NCBI GenBank assembly: GCA_010909165.1
Contig: MU008169.1
Coordinates: 992,001-1,056,000, forward strand
DNA length: 64,000 nucleotides
From: Anthoceros angustus
Taxonomy: Eukaryota > Plantae > Anthocerotophyta
Direction: 5' to 3'
The notes below the pieces were generated by a model. It saw only the letters and a program-made list of their open reading frames with translations. It was not told where the DNA came from and did no database searches. The translations under genes and the position numbers were made by a program. Below, in pieces: positions 57,541 through 64,000 of this stretch. Each line of letters begins with the position of its first letter. The stretch's first letter is position 1.

Positions 57541-60500
57541 CACGCAGCGGCGCCTCAGGCGGCGGCGGCGGCGCCTCAGGCGGCGGGCGAGGCGGGCGGC
57601 GGCGGCGAGGCGGCGGCGGCGGCGCCTCAGGCGGCGGGGCATGGCGAGGCGGGCGAGCGGCGGCCGGGCGGGTGGGGGTTTCGCGGACGAGGCGGATAAG
57701 GGCGGGCTGCGTTGGGGCAAAACACGGGGCGGAGGAGGGGCTGCGGTGGCGGCGAGGGACGGAGGCGGGCGAGGCGGGCGAGGCAAGGCGGGCAAGGCGG
57801 GCGGGCGGGCTGCAGTCGGGCCGAGGCGGACGAGGCGGCGAGCCTTCACTGGGTGACGACGGAGGCGGCCACCGCAGCAAGGAGAGGCGGGCGAGGCGGC
57901 GAGGCGAGGCGGGCAAGGCGGGGAAGGCCGGGAGGCGGAGGAAGGCGGGCGGGCAAGGCGGGCAAGGCGGGCAAGGCGGGCAAGGCGGGCAAGGCGGGCA
58001 AGGCGGGCAAGGCGGGCGGGCGCGACTACGAGGGAGGAGGCACCAGAATAATCCTCCCATCCTTGCACCAAGCCGCAACTAACCTCGTCCCCATTTCTTC
58101 CCCGCCCATGGTGATGCCGAATTGTTTCATGCTCATTTCCTTGCAAGCGGTGACACGCAGTGGCGCAGTGCACCGCAGTATTATTGTAGGCTTCTGCGGT
58201 TGTGGGCGGGATGGCAGGCACCGGCCCACCCTCTCCTCCTCACATGCCGCAGGCCGCGCAGCCTGCAGCCACTGCATGTGTGGGGCAGCAGTGGAGGAGG
58301 GTTCCACGATCTCCTCCGAGCTCACCCGATCCTAATATGTGGAGTGAGTTGTTTTACAGGTCTTATGACCCCAAGAAGCCAATGCATCCTTTGTCCTACG
58401 AGGAGCTTGATGCGCTTTTGCAGCATGCGGAGGACCACAACGACCTCATCTGCCACATAGAGAACTACCCTTGGACTTGAAGTTCTTTTGGTGAGGAACG
58501 TGGTCGCGGTATTTGGGTGGACTGGACTTCCTATTGCGAGTGCCTTCCAGTGCAAACATACTTTTATTAACTATTTACTACAGTTCGATCCTTAAATTTT
58601 TTCTCTTTTCTTAATTTCATTATTGCAGGAACTTGTTTAAAATAAATATGGAAAATGAGAACACAGCATATTCAATTTTTCAACCTACCACATATTTGAT
58701 TATGTTTCACAACCTACAAGATATTTGATTATGCTTCGTAGCTCTAGTTTCAAGATCGACTAATAGTATGGCATACCAAAGAGGAGAGGCGGGCGGGGGC
58801 GCACTATTTCATGCATACCCATTTTGATGGGTGGCCATTGGGTCCTAACGATCCTGCGAGGCCTCGCGGTCCAAGCACCCGAGTCACCGGAGGAGGGGAG
58901 GCGGAGGAAGGCGGCCACTTCATGTCACCGGAGGACTTCAAGTGGATGGCCAAGTTTCACTCCGGCTTGACTCACGCAGTGCAGGCGGCCTCGGCGCTCG
59001 CCCCTCCGGATTTCATAAAGGAACTTTAGGGTTTTTGCGCACTCTATGTGTTTTGTCCCACGCGAACAAAAATTTTTGTTCAGCAACGCGTTCTGTTTAG
59101 GGTCCGGTAGGCCTCATAGGCAAGCCACATGCCCGTTTTAGGGTTCATGTGCTAAGAGGGTGGAGCGGCATGGTTTAGGCGGGGTTAGGGCAAGCGATTT
59201 GGCGGCGCGGCGGCGCCAGGCGGCGGCATGGTTTAGGCGGGGCGGCGGCGAGGCGGGCGGAGGCGAGGCGGGCGGGCGGGCGGGCGGCGGCGAGGCGGCG
59301 GCGGGCGAGGCGGCGGCGAGCACAAGGGGAGGCGGCGGCGGCGGCGGCGGCGAGCCTTCACTGGCAGCGCCCTCATTCTGGCGCGGCGGGCGGGCGGGCG
59401 AGGCGGCGGCGGCATGGACGGGGCGGGCGGCGGCGAGGCGGGCGGGCGGCGGGCGGGGGCGGCGGAGGAGGCGGAGGCGGGCGGCGGGGCAAGGCGGGGC
59501 GGAGGAGGGCTGCGGTGGCGGCGAGGGGCGGAGGCGGGCGGGCGGCGAGCAAAGCGAGGACTCAGCAGGCGGGCGGGCTGCAGTCAGCGAGGCGGGCGGA
59601 GGCGGCGGCCTTCACAGGTGACGACGGAGGCGGCAGTGCGAGCAAGGCGGGCGGGGCGGGGGCAAGGCGGCAAGGCGGAAGGCGGGAGGCGGAGGAAGGC
59701 GGTGGCGGCGCGGCGGCAGGCGGGCGGCGGGAGGAGGAGGCGATGGCGGGGAGCGGGCGGGCGCGACTACGAGGAGGAGGCGACCAGTAACAATCCTCCC
59801 CATCCTTGCACCAAGCCGCAACTAACCTCGTCCCCATTTCTTCCCCATGGTGATGCCGAATTGTTTCATGCTCATTTCCTTGCAAGCGGTGACACGCAGT
59901 GGTCGGTGCCACCGCAGTATTATTGTAGGCTTCTGCGGTTGTGGGCGGGATGGCAGCACCGCCCACCCTCTCCTCCTCACATGCCGCAGCCGCGCAGCCC
60001 ACGCATGTGTGGGGCGGCGGTGGAGGAGGGTTCCACGATCTCCTCCGAGCTCACCCGATCCTAATATGTGGAGTGAGTTGTTTCTGGTCTTATGACCCCA
60101 AGAAGCCAATGCATCCTTTGTCCTCGAGGAGCTTGATGCGCTTTTGCAGGCGGGCGGAGGCGGAGGACCTAGCGACCTCATCGCCACATAGAGAACTACC
60201 CCTTGGACTTCGAAGTTCTTTTCGAGCTGAGGGAACGTGGTCGCAGGTATTTGGACTGGACCTGGACTTCCTATTGCGAGAGTGCCTTCCAGAAGCTGGG
60301 AGCGCACTATTTCATGCATACCCATTTTGATGGGTGGCCATTGGGTCCTAACGATCACTGCGAGGCCTCGCGGTCCAAGCACCCGGAGTCACTGGAGGAC
60401 TTCAAGGTGGATGGCCAAGTTTCACTCCGACGGCTTGACTCACAGTGCAGTGGCCTCGGCCTTCTCGCCCCTCCGGATTTCATCTCAACGTCTTCTACGA

Positions 60501-62025
60501 TTTGGACGCACGCCAACCATGTCTTGTGGGAGGAGATGAACGACCTCTACATCATCGAGGACAGTGATCATGGGGGTTAGGACTGGTGGTCATGTGCTTT
60601 AGGCACCGTGGAGCAGGGGTTTTGATAGGACTTGATGTACGAGGCCTTGAGGAGGACTTGAGAAGGCGAAAATGGGCGGCGGAGGCGGCCGCCTGTGCGA
60701 ACGGAGGCCGTGGCCACCGTGAGACACCTCGGCCGGAGTGCGTGCAATTGCAAAATTGGGAGCGTACAAGGCGGGAGGCGGGAGGCGGAGGAGGCGGGCG
60801 GGCGGAGGCGGGCGGAGGCGGCGGCGGCGGCGGCGGGCGGGAGGCGGGCGGAGGCGGAGGCTCGGGAGGCGGCGCGACTACGAGGAATCGGACACGGTGT
60901 CGGAAGCGCAAGCCCGGTGCCTCCGGCCGAATGCAACGGCTCTGGAGGCGGCGGCGGGCGGAGGCGGAGGCGATGAGGCAGCGGAATGCTCGGCGTGGAG
61001 GCCATGGAGGGCACAATTAAGGTTCTCCGGATGATCAAGCGCATGGATGGAGGGAAGTAGGCGTAGGCGTCGTCATCCCTTGTGCTCGAGTTGCACATGT
61101 TTTGGTTTTGCATAGGGGCGAGGCATGCGGGAAGGCCGCAGAGGGAGATAGGGTTTGATGCTATTGCAATTTTGCGATGTGTGCGTGGACATCCTTTTGA
61201 TGAATGGAATGGCACCCTTATCATGTGAACGGCTGCGTTGGAGGGACCGTAAACTTTGTTGGTGAGGTATCGACACTGTGGTCTCATGTCCGAATCGCTT
61301 CACTTTCTTGGTGCCATCATCTCGCATTTGTGAAGCATGGAAGGATGTCCTACTCCGTCGTGGGATCGGAGTGGTAGAACAAATTTAAGCGTGGATTCCC
61401 CAAATCCCACCACGGAGTCGCCACATGCACCCGATTTCTTGAGGCAATCAGGCGGCTTCTATGTTCCAAAGAACATTTCAAACCCTCCACGCCACGTGTC
61501 AGCGTCTTCTTAGCAGGACAATGGAATCGTGATTTTGTGAGGAGCCTATCATCTTTGGAAACATTGAGAAGGACGATCGTGCTCGCCACGGTAAAGCCTC
61601 TTTCGAATGAAAACAACATGGCCGGGTGCGACCATCATTGCATTCGCATACCATGGCGGCCGAGGTAGGGTTCGGCAACCACCGGTGGTTGTGACGTGTT
61701 AGGGTTTGCCATCCATGGCGGGCCATGGAAGAAAACTTTATGGCGGAAGGTAGGGTGGAAGGTGAAAACAATGTGTCACGGCTCTTTGTTTTGAAAGTTG
61801 CAAGGACAAAACATTTTCAACCGTACACCCTTTTCGAGGAGGCGTGTGTGTCCCCTTTGGTGCTTGGCATTTGTTGGTTAGGGCGCCAAAGCGGCCATGT
61901 GACCATGTCTTTGTAAAAAGATCATCTTTGGAATCTCTGACATATTCCTCAAGATCCCCACGGCTTGCATGGGTTTCGCGAAAAAAAAAATGTCCCATCC
62001 CCTCTGTCCCCTTTGGTATGCCATA
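57087..62025. mobile_element. DNA transposon with ~42-bp TIRs and 6-bp TSD (IS3EU-like termini); interior GC-rich and partly duplicated
   Basis: GAATAG|TATGGCATACCAAAGAGGACAGAGGGGACGGACATTTTTTTT ... AAAAAAAATGTCCCATCCCCTCTGTCCCCTTTGGTATGCCATA|GAATAG. No transposase recognised. Confidence 0.8.
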
Positions 62026-64000
62026 GAATAGCCGTTAATTCTCATTATACCCTCTATATAACTTTGTCAATTCAGTCTCATTCCATGATAAAAATTCATC
62101 CTTAGTGGACAAAATTTTTCTTCTTCTTCTAAAATAATTTATTTCTTTAAATAAATTTACAAACTGTATAAATATTTTAAATATATATAAATTTTTATAT
62201 TTTAATAAATTTATATATTTAATAAATATTTGAAAATATACATGGAAGTCTGCATTGGGAATGAATAACTCCTAGGGCACCTAACAATTGGCGACCCGCC
62301 GGAGCCCAAGGCAGGATGTTTAGAGCTGGCAGCCCCCGTAAGACCATGACGTTGGGGTATTGGTGGCATCCCATCCGAGCATTGCTCCGCACGCAGCTGA
62401 GCCTTACTGAGGAGGACTTGAGAAGGACGATCGTGCTCGCCACGGTGAAGCAAGAGCTGCTCGAATGAAAACAACATGGTGTACTGCCGACCATCATTGC
62501 ATTCGCATACCATGGCGCGAGGTAGGGTTCGGCAACCACCTGGTGTGGTCGGCAGCGTGTTAGGGTTTGCCATCCATGGCGGGCCATGGAAGAAAACTTT
62601 ATGGCGGAAGGTAGGGTGGAAGGTGAAAACAATGTGTCACGGCTCTTTGTTTTGAAAGTTGCAAGGACAAAACATTTTCAACCGTACACCCTTTTCGAGG
62701 AGGCGTGTGTGTCCCCTTTGGTGCTTGGTTGGTTAGGGCGCCAAAGCGGCCATGTGACCATGTCTTTGTAAAAAGATACCGTCTTTGGAATCTCTGGCAT
62801 ATTCCTCAAGATCCCCACGGCTTGCATGGGTTTCATGAAAAAAAATGTCCCATCCTCATCCCCTTTGGTATGCCATAGAATAGCCGTTAATTCTCATTAT
62901 ACCCTCTATATAACTTTGTCAATTCGGTCTCATTCCATGATAAAATTCATCCTTAGTGGACAAAATTTTCTTCTTCTTCTAAAATAATTTATTTCTTTAA
63001 TAAATTTACAAACTGTATAAATATTTTAAATATATATAAATTTTTATATTTTAATAAATTTATATATTTAATAAATATTTGAAAATATACATGGAAGTCT
63101 GCATTGGGAATGAATAACTCCTAGGGCACCTAACAATTGGCGACCCGCCGGAGCCCAAGGCAGGATGTTTAGAGCTGGCAGCCCCCGTAAGACCATGACG
63201 TTGGGGTATTGGTGGCATCCCATCCGAGCATTGCTCCGTCCGCACGCAGCTGAGCCTTACTGAGGAGGAGTTGCTGTCGTGATACAGGATGAAACGGCTC
63301 TTCCGTGTCGGGTGCTGCTGTAGATGCCTTTGCTGCAGAGCTGAACAGAGATGTTATTGGCGGAAGAGTTGGAGCGGAGGTTGCGGAAGCCGGTTACGGG
63401 CCTGGTCGTGTGGGAATGGGAATCCGCAAGCTGTACGTCAGGCCACGCCCATCGGTTCTGGTGCGCCTGGTTAGGGTGACAGAGGTGAGACCACAAGGCA
63501 CAGGAGGGTGGTTGGGGTGTCATGGTGTCGCAAATCGCGGGGGTCCGTCACAGTTGGCCACGTCCTCATTGAGGTTTTTGTTTAGGCTAACCAGGTTTTG
63601 TGCTGTGATTGCACAGGTCCCTCCCCATGGCGGAGGCGGGGAGGAGGAGGCGGGAGGCGGAAGGGTGGAGGGCACCTTCCCTCCCCATGGCGGCGGAGGA
63701 GGCGAAGGAAGGGTGGAGGCGGCGGAGGCGGCGGAGGCGGGAGGGCACCTTGCCCTCCCCCATGGCGGCGGAGGAGGAGGCGGGAGGCGGAGGCTCGGGA
63801 GGCGGGGAGGGCACGGTGGCCTCCCGTGGCGGCAACGCCCTTGAGGCCGTAGGCAGCGGGGAAAACATATTCCCTCCCCATGGCGGAGGCTCGGGAGGCG
63901 GCGAGCAGGAGGAGGAGGAGGAGGGCACCTTGCCCTCCCCATGGCGCGAGGTAGGGTTCGGCAACCACCTGGTGTGGTCGGCAGCGTGTTAGGGTTTGCC
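58555..64000. repeat. Re-iterated copies of the element ends and flanks (second left end ~58765, second right end ~62878, third approach at 63945-64000)
   Basis: 56870-57070 is about identical to 58555-58755, and 62026-62410 to 62880-63270. GC-rich parts differ by many indels. Confidence 0.75.

Noticed and set aside
57349-61034. Many long Arg/Pro/Ala/Gly-rich ORFs in all frames
   Set aside because: GC-rich (GGC)n low-complexity DNA lacks stop codons; no evidence these frames code.
60680-61320. Possible giant-virus-type ankyrin repeats or a DDE transposase
   Set aside because: Only a few residues resemble these; the frames contain stops and show no repeat periodicity or catalytic triad.

Overview
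Eukaryotic DNA from a land plant: gene-dense, with short GT-AG introns. A bryophyte-grade, hornwort-like genome is my inference. Genes I can support, left to right: GAUT8/QUA1-like galacturonosyltransferase; a COMM-domain (COMMD5-like) gene only readable after splicing; a CYP72-clan P450; a transposon-rich block at 6.8-19.5 kb (decayed Ty1/copia, CACTA end, accessory ORFs, tandem repeats); an ERF with two probable frameshifts; ACR11/12; a SETD6-like methyltransferase; a complete alpha-glucan water dikinase (GWD) with non-angiosperm-type motifs; a single-domain Gnk2/DUF26 secreted protein; and a DUF4228 protein. The most unusual region is 43.3-56.9 kb, a five-unit tandem array. Every unit has the same 5' leader and a 7-10 nt start-codon micro-exon. 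Three units encode intact, divergent stand-alone tandem-KOW proteins (Spt5-C-terminus/KIN17-like) and one is a rearranged pseudogene. In the remaining unit the KOW exons are replaced, in frame, by the C-terminal half of TAF4 (352 aa ORF). Four units end in an antisense, intron-containing copy of the catalytic exons of the neighbouring GWD gene. The window ends in a roughly 5 kb DNA transposon with TAT..ATA TIRs and a 6-bp TSD (IS3EU-like signature). Near-duplicate blocks at 11-13 kb, 16 kb and 57-64 kb differ mostly by homopolymer indels and may be long-read assembly artefacts. All family calls come from remembered motifs; no database search was run.
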